This document shows positions 21,501 through 34,257 of a stretch of DNA of 64,000 bases, one piece after another (position 1 is the first letter of the stretch; the number at the start of each line of letters is the position of its first letter). This DNA is from an uncultured Acidobacteriota bacterium. Lineage in GTDB: Bacteria; Acidobacteriota; Thermoanaerobaculia; UBA5066; Gp7-AA6. The DNA lies in NCBI GenBank assembly GCA_963764715.1, contig CAVXTP010000010.1, positions 1 to 64,000 of the forward strand, read 5' to 3'. The position numbers and the translations under genes were made by a program. The notes beneath the pieces are model-generated. The model saw only the letters and a list, made by a program, of their open reading frames with translations. It was not told where the DNA came from and ran no database searches.

Positions 21501-21590
21501 CGCCGCCACCGCGGCGCAAATGAAGAGTCCGATACCGACAGCGGCCGACACACGTCGGCCGAACGAGGCGATCCGAGTTTCGGTGAGCAT
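18510..21590 (-). CDS. Large secreted surface protein: tandem beta-propeller-type repeats (choice-of-anchor/GloVer-like), IPT/TIG domain and SLH-like C-terminal repeats
   Basis: Repeats like DGAxPxAxLxQAxDGxLYGTTxxGG; PSSG...GG IPT-like segment; FxDV...ITAGCG..YCP...TRAQMAVFL x3. Confidence 0.85.
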   Translation of the reverse strand: MLTETRIASFGRRVSAAVGIGLFICAAVAAQTHYELVHAFRNSCQPSAPDLDLASQSGLILASDGYLYGTSYWGGSSGIGTIFRTDPSGGMTTVHSFAYADGANPAAALVQAADGNLYGTTTRGGSNDMGTVFRMNGSGAVKRLYSFTQLDGTDPRSALIQASDGILYGTTTTGGQGNVGTLFKIASDGTFTKLHDFDRYTDGAHPAGRLLQTTDGYLYGTTLEGGTNNLGTVFRVDVATNSLVTIHVFGGSDGARPYAGLIQATDGSLYGTSSEGGATNFGTVYKLDASGVLTTVYDFDMWEGGRPHAELVQATDLRFYGTTSYGGPQFNESGGMVYQLDPSGSLVVLHSFNGRTLPPSAEAYDGQYPLTALVQSADGRFYGTTDATYAFTWSTVVNPGTLFRLDSAGAFSTIHTFRCIDGADPKVALTQATDGSFYGTTYRGGWSDLGTAFRLGFPAGEMITLHSFDGTDGAYPGRVIQATDGNFYGPTAATGSSVYGGGSLFRMDAVGEITTLYRFPGYAGGDEGYGPTDELIQATDGFLYGTTNSGGGYSGTAFRLDGAGNLTYLCNFLDSGLVYPGPLIQAGDRFYGIADAFNYSNLFEMDVTGVVTRLHYFAWNDEGEAVSSKLVVADGDLFGTLLHGYTSSKGGVFKTSTDTDDLQVIHTFDGTDGDSPFGPLVATTDQWLYGTTYQGGVHGLGTVFRMDYNGQNFTLIHSFSGISGANPTAGLIQAADGLVYGTAGRGPFGGHGVIFRLSNAQIAVNEVAPSSGIGEVGVALTVLGGGFAPGVTVTIGGVAATNVTVPDSTFLHLFTPPLSPGTLNDVSVTVPDGIGTATATRVNAFFADFLDVPQTEPFHDYVEKIVRNGITAGCGAGGYCPQAAVTRAQMAVFLLKSRHGSAYVPPPCAGVFSDVSCPGMFADWIEQLAAEGITAGCGSGNYCPSSPVTRAQMAVFLLKAEHGSAYVPPPCAGVFADVSCPSLFADWIEQLAAEQITGGCGGGNYCPDNPNTRAQMAVFLVKTFKM

Positions 21591-21725
21591 GACCCTCAAC
21601 CTTCCTGTCCCCGACAGACTGGTGGCCTGGGGAGGGCGATTCGATGGTTTCGCCTTCCGGCGGCCGTGTCTTGATGCAGATGCATCGCACTTGCAGGGAT
21701 GCGAGAATTGGCCGGTGGCTTTCTT

Positions 21726-21810
21726 GCGAGAGTGGCGGAACTGGCAGACGCGCGGGACTTAGGATCCCGTGGGGCAACCCTTGAGGGTTCGAGTCCCTCC
21801 TCTCGCACCA
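21726..21810 (+). tRNA. tRNA-Leu (anticodon TAG)
   Basis: Acceptor stem GCGAGAG/CTCTCGC, anticodon arm CGGGA-CTTAGGA-TCCCG, long variable arm, GGTTCGAGTCC T-arm, encoded CCA. Confidence 0.97.
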
Positions 21811-21819
21811 CACAAATAC

Positions 21820-23346
21820 ATGAATCTCCTCCTTCCTCTTCTCCTCCTCGCCGCGGCCTCGCCGGTCGACGCGTCGCCGGCGGCCGTCGATCCCTCGATT
21901 TTCCGGACGACGGCGGCGGGGGCGCGCGTTTCGTTCCTGGTCCTCCTGCGCGAGCCGGCGGACCTATCGGGAGTGGCCTCGATCGCGGACCGGACCGAGC
22001 GGCGCCGGTTCGTTTACGAGGCGCTGCGTTCCCGGGCGGAGGCGTCCCAGGCCCCGCTCCTCGAGCGTCTGCGGCGACTTGGCGTCCGACATCGCTCCCA
22101 CTACCTCGTCAACATGATCGAGATCGAGGCGGACGAATCGACGGCCCGCGCGCTCGCCCGGGATCCCGCGGTGCTGAAGCTCGCGGCGAACGGGCGGACG
22201 GAGCTCTCCCGCCTGCCGCCGCCGGAATTCCTCGAGCGCCGCACGGCCCCGCCGCCCGAAATCGAGCCGAACCTCGCGCTGATCGGCGCGCCCTCGGCGT
22301 GGGACCGCGGCATCACCGGACAGGGCATCGTCATCGGCATCGCGGACACGGGCGTCGACTGGAGCCATCCCGCGCTCGTCCGCCAGTACCGCGGCTGGGA
22401 CGGCTCGGCCGCCTCGCACGCATACAACTGGCACGACGCGGTCCACGAGAACACCTACACGAACTTCTGCGGGATCGATTCGCCGGCGCCGTGCGACGAC
22501 CAGGGCCATGGAACCGCGGTCGCGGGCCTCGCCGTGGGCGACGACGGCGGAGCGAACCGCGTTGGCGTGGCGCCCGGGGCCCGCTGGATCGGCTGCCGCA
22601 ACATGGACATCGGCGTCGGAACTCCGGCGCGCTACGTCGAGTGCTTCGAGTACTTCCTCGCGCCGACCGACGCGGACGGGGAGAACCCGCGGCCGGAGCT
22701 CGGCGCCGACGTCGTCAACAACTCCTGGACCTGCCAGCCGGCGGAAGGCTGCACGGACCCCGAGGTTCTCCGGGGAGCGGTCGAGGGCCTGCGCGCCGCC
22801 GGCGTGGCCGCCAGCTTCGCCGCGGGAAACACAGGCCCGACCTGCGGATCGCTCGCCGACCCGCCGGCGATCTACGACGCGGCGATCACGGTGGGCGCGA
22901 CGGACCTCGCCGACACGATCGCGAGCTTCAGCGCCCGCGGACCGGTGACGCGCGATTCCTCCGGCCGCATCAAGCCCGACCTCTGCGCCCCCGGCGTCAA
23001 CGTGCGGACGAGCTCGGCCCTCCTCGGGCCCGAGATCTACCAGTATTTCGGCGGGACTTCGGGCGCTTCGCCGCACGTCGCGGGCGCGATCGCCCTGTTG
23101 TGGTCCGCGGTCCCGTCGCTCGCTGGCGACGTGGACGGCACGGAGGCCGTGGTCGAGGCGACGGCCTTGCCGCTCGAATCGGCGATCGATTGCGACGGCA
23201 TCCCCGGCCGGGCCATTCCCAACCCGGTGTTCGGCTGGGGAAGGCTCGACGTCGCCGCCGCGCTCGAAACGCTGCCCGTCCGCGGCCTTCCCGCGCCGCC
23301 GCCCGGCCCGCGCTCCGGAGCCCGGGCCCTTCCGCCGCGGCCCTGA
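21820..23346 (+). CDS. Secreted S8 (subtilisin-like, bacillopeptidase F-like) serine peptidase
   Basis: Signal peptide; catalytic IADTG, GHGT, GTSGASPHVAG. Confidence 0.92.
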   Translation: MNLLLPLLLLAAASPVDASPAAVDPSIFRTTAAGARVSFLVLLREPADLSGVASIADRTERRRFVYEALRSRAEASQAPLLERLRRLGVRHRSHYLVNMIEIEADESTARALARDPAVLKLAANGRTELSRLPPPEFLERRTAPPPEIEPNLALIGAPSAWDRGITGQGIVIGIADTGVDWSHPALVRQYRGWDGSAASHAYNWHDAVHENTYTNFCGIDSPAPCDDQGHGTAVAGLAVGDDGGANRVGVAPGARWIGCRNMDIGVGTPARYVECFEYFLAPTDADGENPRPELGADVVNNSWTCQPAEGCTDPEVLRGAVEGLRAAGVAASFAAGNTGPTCGSLADPPAIYDAAITVGATDLADTIASFSARGPVTRDSSGRIKPDLCAPGVNVRTSSALLGPEIYQYFGGTSGASPHVAGAIALLWSAVPSLAGDVDGTEAVVEATALPLESAIDCDGIPGRAIPNPVFGWGRLDVAAALETLPVRGLPAPPPGPRSGARALPPRP

Positions 23347-23381
23347 CGGCACCAGGCCCCCGGAGATAAGATCCCGCCCCT

Positions 23382-24695
23382 ATGCCGATTCTGTCCACCA
23401 AAGAAGAGTCCCCCACCCGAACGGTCCTCGAGATCGAGATCCCGGCCGAGGACGTCGAGAAGGCCTTTACGGCCATCCGCCGCGCCTACGCCCGCAAGGC
23501 CGCGCTCCCGGGCTTCCGCAAGGGGAAGGCGCCCGAGGACGTCGTGGCCAAGCGATTCGCCGACGAGATCAAGGGCGATGTCCTCGAGCACCTTCTGCCG
23601 GACGCGGTCGCCTCGGCGATCGAGGAGAAGAAGCTCTCGATCCTCGGACGGCCGCACGTCGACGACCTCTCCTGGGAGCCCCCCGGCCCGATCCGGTTCC
23701 TCGCGCGGCTCGACCTGAAGCCGTCCGTCGATCCCGGCGAGTACCGCGGCGTCCCGGTCGAGGACCAGCCGGTCGAGCCGACGGAGGAGGAGGTCGGCAA
23801 GGTCATCGACCGCATCCGCGAGGCGCACGCCGAGTTCCACCCCATCGAGGGACGCGCCGCCGCTCCCGGCGACTTCGCCGTGGCCGACATCGCGGGCTCG
23901 TTCGTCGAGATCCTCGCTCCGGGCCAGGATCCCCGGACCTTCCGCGACGAGAAGGTGACCCTCGAGGTCGGGCACCCCGACTCCATGCCCGAGATCAACG
24001 ACGCCCTCCGGGGCGCCCTCCCGGGGGACACGCGTTCGTTCCGGAAGTCCTTCGCCGACGATTTCCCGAACGACGAGTTCCGCGGGAAGACCGTCGACTA
24101 CCAGGTGACGCTCGCCGCCCTCAAGGAGAAGAGGCTGCCGGCCGTGGACGACGAGTTCGCGGGGGCGGTGTCGGAGGGCGGCACGGTCGAGTCGCTCCGG
24201 GAGAAGGTCCGGGCGCGCCTGCGCCACGAGCGCGAGACCGACCGCCGGCGCAAGTTCCGGCGGGCGATCCTGGACAACCTGCTCGCCAAGCGGGACATCC
24301 CGGCGCCGGAGGTCCTGGTGGAGTCGGAGACGACCTCGGCGCTGCGCGACTACGCCCGGTACCTGGCCGCGAGCGGCGTCGACGCCGAGAAGGAGGACTG
24401 GGCGAAGCTCCGCGAGGAGGCGCGGCCGGGCGCGGAGCGCCGGGTCAAGGAATACCTGCTCCTCGACGCGATCGCGGAGCGCGAGAAGATCGAAGTGTCG
24501 GAAACGGAGCTCGAGGCCGAATTCAAGCGGGCGGCCGCGGAGCGGGGCGTCGAGCCGGCGGTGCTGCGCGAGCAGATGACGAAGGCCGGCGGCCTCGACG
24601 CGCTCCGCGACGAGATGAGGCTCGGCCGGGTGGTGGACCTCTTGATCGCCGGCGCGAAGGTGCTACCCTCGGGAATGCCGGTGGAAGTGAAATAG
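23382..24695 (+). CDS. tig: Trigger factor
   Basis: PGFRKGKAP ribosome-binding signature; position before clpP. Confidence 0.96.
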   Translation: MPILSTKEESPTRTVLEIEIPAEDVEKAFTAIRRAYARKAALPGFRKGKAPEDVVAKRFADEIKGDVLEHLLPDAVASAIEEKKLSILGRPHVDDLSWEPPGPIRFLARLDLKPSVDPGEYRGVPVEDQPVEPTEEEVGKVIDRIREAHAEFHPIEGRAAAPGDFAVADIAGSFVEILAPGQDPRTFRDEKVTLEVGHPDSMPEINDALRGALPGDTRSFRKSFADDFPNDEFRGKTVDYQVTLAALKEKRLPAVDDEFAGAVSEGGTVESLREKVRARLRHERETDRRRKFRRAILDNLLAKRDIPAPEVLVESETTSALRDYARYLAASGVDAEKEDWAKLREEARPGAERRVKEYLLLDAIAEREKIEVSETELEAEFKRAAAERGVEPAVLREQMTKAGGLDALRDEMRLGRVVDLLIAGAKVLPSGMPVEVK

Positions 24696-24704
24696 GTTTT
24701 CCGG

Positions 24705-25352
24705 ATGACCACGATGGACGACGAGCACGAGGGAGGCGGCATGGTTCTGGTTCCCATGGTGATCGAGCAGACGAGCCGGGGCGAGCGGGCGTACGACATC
24801 TACTCCCGGCTCCTCAAGGACAACATCATCTTCCTCGGCCAGCCGGTCGACGACACGATCGCCAACCTGATCATCGCGCAGATGCTCTTCCTCGAGTCCG
24901 AGAACGCCGAGAAGGACATCGCCTTCTACATCAACTCCCCGGGCGGCTCGATCACGGCCGGCATGGCGATCTACGACACCATGCAGTACGTCAAGAACGA
25001 CGTGTCCACGATCTGCGTCGGCCAGGCGGCGTCGATGGCGGCGGTGCTCATGGCGGCCGGCGCGGCCGGCAAGCGCTACTCGCTGCCGAACTCGCGTTTC
25101 CTGATCCACCAGCCTCTCGCCTACGGCATGCAGGGCCAGGCCACGGACATCGAGATCCACGCGAAGGACCTGCTCAAGATGCGGGAGCGCATCAACCAGA
25201 TCCTGGCGCTGCACACGGGCCAGCCGGTGGAAAAGGTCGGGAAGGACACCGACCGCGATTACATCCTCGAGGCCGAGGACGCCAAGAAGTACGGCCTCGT
25301 CGACGCGATCTACCACCGGAGAGACGACGTCGCGCTCAAGGCAGCCGGGTAA
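24705..25352 (+). CDS. clpP: ATP-dependent Clp protease proteolytic subunit (start may be 24741, which has a GGAGG SD)
   Basis: [40 protein letters not shown]. Confidence 0.98.
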   Translation: MTTMDDEHEGGGMVLVPMVIEQTSRGERAYDIYSRLLKDNIIFLGQPVDDTIANLIIAQMLFLESENAEKDIAFYINSPGGSITAGMAIYDTMQYVKNDVSTICVGQAASMAAVLMAAGAAGKRYSLPNSRFLIHQPLAYGMQGQATDIEIHAKDLLKMRERINQILALHTGQPVEKVGKDTDRDYILEAEDAKKYGLVDAIYHRRDDVALKAAG

Positions 25353-25512
25353 CCGTCGCTCGCCTCGCATTCCGGGGTCTGCTTCGCACCGGCGAGCGGC
25401 TCGCCGGGATGCCGGCTCGACCGCTCGCCTGACCCCTCCATGCGGGCTCGCTCCCGCGGCGCGAGCCTCCTCCCTCCCTTCGGTCGGGAGACTTCTCGCG
25501 CCGCGAGCGGAT
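25353..25512 (-). repeat. Structured intergenic repeat element, copy 2 of 3 (GA-rich strand = -)
   Basis: Homologous to 701-856 and 35492-35607; stems 25391-25399/25421-25429 and 25455-25465/25495-25505. Confidence 0.85.
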
Positions 25513-25695
25513 GAGCCAGCGGGGCGCTGGAAACGAGGTCGCGGCTCGGGGAGCTGGTCCAAGAATCGCATCTGACTCATCGGGCGTACGTCACGTTGGC
25601 GGCGGTTGGTGAAGGGCGGCCGCGGGGAAGTGGAATCCCCTTGACGGCCGGGACGTTAACCCCGTCGGGTATGCTAGATTTTGGACGCGGATCGG

Positions 25696-25725
25696 TTGAC
25701 GGGGAGGGAACCCCGACCCTAGAAT
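25696..25725 (+). promoter_or_regulatory. Putative sigma70 promoter of clpX
   Basis: TTGACG-N18-TAGAAT, followed by GGAGG SD and ATG 25749. Confidence 0.6.
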
Positions 25726-25748
25726 GGTCGCATCCCTCCGGAGGCTGA

Positions 25749-26993
<1,245 letters not shown>

Positions 26994-27053
26994 GGCCGGC
27001 CGCCCCGTTTCGTCCCGCGCCTCGATTCGGAACCCAAAAGGACACACCGACCA

Positions 27054-29453
<2,400 letters not shown>

Positions 29454-29600
29454 GGCCTCGACCGAAAGGGTCTGTTTTGATCTAGAATCGCTGCCTCGGG
29501 CCCCGACCGGGCTCGCCCCCGGCCCCGCGCCCCCCGAATCCGCTCCCGTGAACTTCGCGGCGGTCCCCGCCGATATTCAACACAGCAAGAGGACAGACAG

Positions 29601-30956
29601 ATGGCCAGAAGAAAAGGCACCAACGAGTCCGACGTCGAGACGCTCGAAGCGCCTCCGGAAGGGCTGCCGGATACGACCGGCGAGGAGGTCGCCGTCGAGC
29701 CCGGAGACACCCTGGACATCCGGGCGCTCCACGAGATCAAGATCCCGCAGCTGCTGAAAATCGCCAAGGACCTCGAGGTCGAGAACGCGACCGGGATGCG
29801 CAAGCAGGACCTGATCTTCAAGATCCTGCAGGCGCAGACCGAGAAGAAGGGACTCATCTTCTCGGAGGGGGTCCTCGAGTGCCTTCCCGACGGCTTCGGG
29901 TTCCTGCGCGCCCCCGAGTACAACTACCTGCCTGGGCCGGACGACATCTACGTCTCGCCCTCGCAGATCCGCAAGTTCGACCTGCGCACCGGCGACACGG
30001 TCTCCGGCCAGATCCGCCCGCCGAAGGAAGGGGAGCGCTACTTCGCCCTGATCAAGGTCGAGGCGGTCAACTTCGAGCACCCCGACGTCGCGCGCGAGAA
30101 GATCTTCTTCGACAACCTGACGCCCCTGTACCCGGAGGGCCGGATCCGGCTCGAGACGTCCAACATGACGTCCCGCGTGCTCGACCTCGTGGCTCCCGTG
30201 GGCAAGGGCCAGCGCGGGTTGATCGTCGCGGCGCCCCGCACCGGCAAGACGATGGTCCTGCAGGCGCTCGCCAACTCCATCTCGACGAACCACCCCGAGA
30301 TCACGCTCATCGTCCTCCTGATCGACGAGCGACCCGAGGAGGTCACGGACATGCAGCGCTCCGTCAAGGGTGAGGTGATCTCCTCGACCTTCGACGAGCC
30401 GGCCGCCCGCCACGTGCAGGTCGCGGAGATGGTCATCGAGAAGGCCAAGCGCCTCGTCGAGCACAAGCGCGACGTCGTGATCCTGCTCGACTCGATTACG
30501 CGCCTCGCCCGCGCCTACAACGCGATCGTTCCGCCCTCGGGCAAGGTCCTGTCGGGCGGCGTCGACTCCAACGCCCTGCAGCGGCCCAAGCGCTTCTTCG
30601 GCGCCGCGCGCAACGTCGAGGAGGGCGGCTCGCTCACCATCATGGCGACCGCGCTCATCGACACCGGATCCCGCATGGACGACGTCATCTTCGAGGAGTT
30701 CAAGGGCACCGGCAACATGGAAGTCCACCTCGACCGCAAGCTCGTCGACAAGCGCGTCTTCCCGGCGATCGACATCAACAAGTCGGGCACGCGCAAGGAG
30801 GAGCTCCTCATGGACAAGCAGGAGCTCAACCGCGTGTGGGTGCTGCGGAAGGTCCTCAACCCGCTCTCGACCGTCGAGGCCATGGAGCTGCTGACCGAGA
30901 AGCTCGAGAAGACCAAGACGAACGCGGAATTCCTGAGCCTGATGCAGCAGGGGTGA
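29601..30956 (+). CDS. rho: Transcription termination factor Rho
   Basis: [35 protein letters not shown]. Confidence 0.98.
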   Translation: MARRKGTNESDVETLEAPPEGLPDTTGEEVAVEPGDTLDIRALHEIKIPQLLKIAKDLEVENATGMRKQDLIFKILQAQTEKKGLIFSEGVLECLPDGFGFLRAPEYNYLPGPDDIYVSPSQIRKFDLRTGDTVSGQIRPPKEGERYFALIKVEAVNFEHPDVAREKIFFDNLTPLYPEGRIRLETSNMTSRVLDLVAPVGKGQRGLIVAAPRTGKTMVLQALANSISTNHPEITLIVLLIDERPEEVTDMQRSVKGEVISSTFDEPAARHVQVAEMVIEKAKRLVEHKRDVVILLDSITRLARAYNAIVPPSGKVLSGGVDSNALQRPKRFFGAARNVEEGGSLTIMATALIDTGSRMDDVIFEEFKGTGNMEVHLDRKLVDKRVFPAIDINKSGTRKEELLMDKQELNRVWVLRKVLNPLSTVEAMELLTEKLEKTKTNAEFLSLMQQG

Positions 30957-31747
30957 CCGCGCCGGCCGTGCGCATCTCCGTCGTCGACTTCCTGAACGCC
31001 CGGCCGCTGACGTGGGGCCTGCTCCACGATCCGCCGCCGGGCGTCTCCGTCTCCCGGGACGTTCCCGCCGTCTGCGCCGCGAAGCTCGCCTCGGGGGAGG
31101 TCGATGTGGGCCTGATCCCCTCGATCGAATACCAGCGGATCCCGGGGCTCAAGGTCGTGCCGGGCCTCGGCATCGCGGCCTCGTCCGAGGTGAGATCGGT
31201 CCTCCTCGTCTCCGACGTCTCGCGCGAGAAGATCGGCTCGGTCGCGCTCGATCCGGCGTCGCGGACCTCCGCCGCGCTCACACGGATTCTCTTGAAACGT
31301 GTGTATGGGCTGGAGCCCAGGTATCAGGAGGCAGGGGACAGGCGACAGGAGCCCACGGACGCCCGGCTCATCATCGGAGACCCCGCCCTGAAGACGCGCC
31401 TCAACGGCCACGTCGTCCTGGACCTGGCTTCCGAGTGGCGAGCCTTTTCGGGCCATCCTTTCGTATTTGCTTTCTGGGCGGCGCTCCCGGCGGCCGCCAC
31501 GCCGGAGCTCGCGGCCCTCCTCCGGCGCTCCTACGAGGCCGGCCTCGCGCATTTCGATGGCATGGTGCGGGAGGAGTCGGCGGCGTCCGGCCTCGCCGCC
31601 CCCGTCGTCGAGGACTATCTGCGCCACGCTCTCCACTTCGAGCTCGACCGGGGGGACCACGAAGGTCTCGAGCTCTTCTACCGCCTCGCCGCCGAGGACG
31701 GGCTCATCCCGGCCGCGCGGCCGCTCGAGTTCACGCCGGCGCTTTGA
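30953..31747 (+). CDS. mqnA: Chorismate dehydratase (futalosine pathway)
   Basis: [35 protein letters not shown]; GTGA overlap with the rho stop. Confidence 0.9.
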   Translation: MTAPAVRISVVDFLNARPLTWGLLHDPPPGVSVSRDVPAVCAAKLASGEVDVGLIPSIEYQRIPGLKVVPGLGIAASSEVRSVLLVSDVSREKIGSVALDPASRTSAALTRILLKRVYGLEPRYQEAGDRRQEPTDARLIIGDPALKTRLNGHVVLDLASEWRAFSGHPFVFAFWAALPAAATPELAALLRRSYEAGLAHFDGMVREESAASGLAAPVVEDYLRHALHFELDRGDHEGLELFYRLAAEDGLIPAARPLEFTPAL

Positions 31748-31850
31748 GCTCTTCGCCGAGAGCTTCGCCCGCGCCTCCCCATCCCTGATGCAAACGGCCC
31801 TTGTGTGGCCGGGGCAGGTGGGGAAAGGTGGCTGAAGTCGACATTCAGCC

Positions 31851-34214
31851 GTGATCGAGCAGAGGTTCGGGCACTACCGCGTGGTCGAGAGGATCGGCGC
31901 CGGGGGGATGGGAGAGGTGTACCGGGCGCACGACGAGCAGCTCGGCCGGGACGTGGCGATCAAGGTGCTGCCGGCGGAGGCGCTGGGGGATTCCGCGGCG
32001 CGGTTGAGGCTGCTTCGGGAGGCGCGGTCGGTGGCGGCGCTCAACCATCCCAACGTGTGCACGATTCACGAGGTGGGCGAGGCCGACGGCCAGGCGTACA
32101 TCGCCATGGAGCTGGTCGAGGGTAAGCCGCTGGACCTGTTGATCCCGGCCGAGGGTCTGCCGGCCGAGCGGGTGCTCGACTACGGCCTGCAGATCGCGGA
32201 GGCGGTGGCGCACGCGCACGAGCGGGGGATCGTGCATCGCGATCTCAAGCCCTCGAACGCGCTGGTGACGCCGCAGGGTCGGGTGAAAGTCCTGGACTTC
32301 GGGCTGGCCAAACAGGTGGTCGGGCAGGATGTCGGGGAGGCGAGCACGGCGTCGCACGGGACGCTGACGCAGCCGGGCGCGGTGGTGGGGACGCTGCCGT
32401 ACATGGCGCCCGAGCAGTTGCGGGGAGAGACGGCCGACGCGCGAAGCGACGTCTGGTCTCTGGGCGTGGTGCTGTACGAGATGGCGGCGGGAGCGAGGCC
32501 GTTTCGGGGACAGACGGGGTTCGAGGTGAGCTCGGCGATCCTGAAGGAGTCGCCGGCGCCGCTGCCCGGGGAGCTTGGCGTCGTCGTCACGCGCTGTCTG
32601 GAGAAGGAGCCGGGCAAGCGCTTCCAGCGTGCAGGGGAGGTGCAGGCGGCGCTGAAGGTCGTCGAGAGCGGCGCGGCGATGGCGCCCCGGCCGGTCTCGC
32701 GCAGGAGGCTCCCGGGTGGCCGGCTGGTGGCGGCCGGCGGGGCGTTGCTTGCAGTCCTCGCTCTCCTGGTCGGGCTCGACGTGGCCGGCTTGCGGCGGCG
32801 GATGGCGGGAGGGCTCAGAGCCCCGGCCGGGCCGATCAAGCTGGCGGTGTTGCCGTTTGCGAACCCTTCCGGCGACCCGCAGCAGGAGTACTTCAGCGAC
32901 GGGCTGACCGAGGAGATGATCACGCAACTCGGGCGTCTGCACCCGGAGCGGCTCGGCGTCATCGCCCGGACCTCGGCCATGCGCTACAAGAAGAGTGACA
33001 AGCCGGTCGACCAGATCGGCCGGGAGCTCGGCGTGGACTACGTCCTGGAGGGCAGCGCGCGGCGGGAGGCCGGCCGGGTGCGGATCACGGCCGAGCTCAT
33101 CCAGGTGCGGGACCAGACACAACTCTGGGCCGAGAGCTACGAGCGCGACCTGGCCGGGATCCTGGCCCTCCAGAGCGAGGTGGCGAAAAAAGTGGCCGGC
33201 GCCCTGGCGCTGAAGCTGCTGCCGGCCGAGCAGACTCGTCTGGCGAATGCCCGCACCGTCGACGCCGAAGCCTACGACGCGTACCTCCAGGGCCTCCACC
33301 ACTGGTACAAGCTGACGCCGGGCGAGCTCGAGACCGCACTGCGGTACTTCGACCTGGCGCTGGTGAAGGATCCGAGTTACGCGCTTCCGTACGCGGGGAT
33401 TGCGTTGGTCTGGGCCGGTCGACAGCAGATGGGGTACACGCCTCCCGGCGAGGCCACGCCGAAGGCGAGGGCGGCGGCGCTGAAGGCGGTGGAGCTAGAT
33501 GACACGGTTGCAGAAACCCATTACGCACTGGCGGTTGTCAGAACGTGGAGCGAGTGGGACTGGGCCGGTGCGGAGATGGAGTTCAAGCGCGCCATCGAGC
33601 GGAACCCCAGCTTTCCAGACGCGCGCGCTTACTACTCGCATCTCTTGATGAACCTGCGGCGTCCGGATGAAGCGATGCTGCAAATGAAACGCGCCCTCGA
33701 GCTGGATCCGTTCAAAGCCCTCTTTCGCACCTTGTACGGAGTCGACCTCATGTACGTGCGTCGGTACGATGATGCCGTCGCGCAGGCACGCGCCGCGCTG
33801 CGAACGGCACCAGACGATGCCATCGCCAACGCCTTGCTCTGGTGGGCATTCAGCGTGAAGGGGATGCACAAAGAGGCTCTGACGGCAGCCAGGGCGTACA
33901 TGAAGCTTGTGTATGACGACCCTGGTGTCGAGGAAGCCATCGAACGGGGTTACACGGAGGCGGGTTACCGGGGAGCCATGAGGCGCGCGGCCGAGGCCCT
34001 GGTGGCGCACTTTCACAAGACCTACGCGAGCCCTTTCGACATCGCAAGCCTGTATGTGGAAGCCGGGGAAAAAGCGCGGGCGGTCGAATGGCTCGAGAAA
34101 TGCCTCGAGGTGCGCGATCCCAACATGCCCTACATTGGATGGCCGATGTTCGACAGCCTGCGCTCGGAGCCGCGTTACCACGACCTGTTGCGCCGGATGA
34201 AGCTTCCGGGATGA
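31851..34214 (+). CDS. Ser/Thr protein kinase with TM helix, TolB_N-like domain and TPR repeats
   Basis: [31 protein letters not shown]...[13 protein letters not shown]-like tail. Confidence 0.95.
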   Translation: MIEQRFGHYRVVERIGAGGMGEVYRAHDEQLGRDVAIKVLPAEALGDSAARLRLLREARSVAALNHPNVCTIHEVGEADGQAYIAMELVEGKPLDLLIPAEGLPAERVLDYGLQIAEAVAHAHERGIVHRDLKPSNALVTPQGRVKVLDFGLAKQVVGQDVGEASTASHGTLTQPGAVVGTLPYMAPEQLRGETADARSDVWSLGVVLYEMAAGARPFRGQTGFEVSSAILKESPAPLPGELGVVVTRCLEKEPGKRFQRAGEVQAALKVVESGAAMAPRPVSRRRLPGGRLVAAGGALLAVLALLVGLDVAGLRRRMAGGLRAPAGPIKLAVLPFANPSGDPQQEYFSDGLTEEMITQLGRLHPERLGVIARTSAMRYKKSDKPVDQIGRELGVDYVLEGSARREAGRVRITAELIQVRDQTQLWAESYERDLAGILALQSEVAKKVAGALALKLLPAEQTRLANARTVDAEAYDAYLQGLHHWYKLTPGELETALRYFDLALVKDPSYALPYAGIALVWAGRQQMGYTPPGEATPKARAAALKAVELDDTVAETHYALAVVRTWSEWDWAGAEMEFKRAIERNPSFPDARAYYSHLLMNLRRPDEAMLQMKRALELDPFKALFRTLYGVDLMYVRRYDDAVAQARAALRTAPDDAIANALLWWAFSVKGMHKEALTAARAYMKLVYDDPGVEEAIERGYTEAGYRGAMRRAAEALVAHFHKTYASPFDIASLYVEAGEKARAVEWLEKCLEVRDPNMPYIGWPMFDSLRSEPRYHDLLRRMKLPG

Positions 34215-34257
34215 ACGGGCCTCCGAGCGGCCCGACCGTCGTTGTTAGAATGCCGTC

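Noticed and set aside
21726-21810. tRNA-Leu as attachment site of an integrated island
   Set aside because: No integrase and no duplicated tRNA 3' end was seen in the window.
25353-25512. Branched repeat element read as a simple intrinsic terminator or known riboswitch
   Set aside because: No U-tract, it occurs in both orientations relative to transcription and next to unrelated genes, and I recognise no riboswitch consensus. It is kept as a finding instead.
25637-25665. CTTGAC-N14-CCCCGT as a sigma32-like heat-shock promoter before clpX-lon
   Set aside because: Weak match in GC-rich DNA, no evidence of RpoH in this window, and a better sigma70-type promoter lies at 25696-25725.
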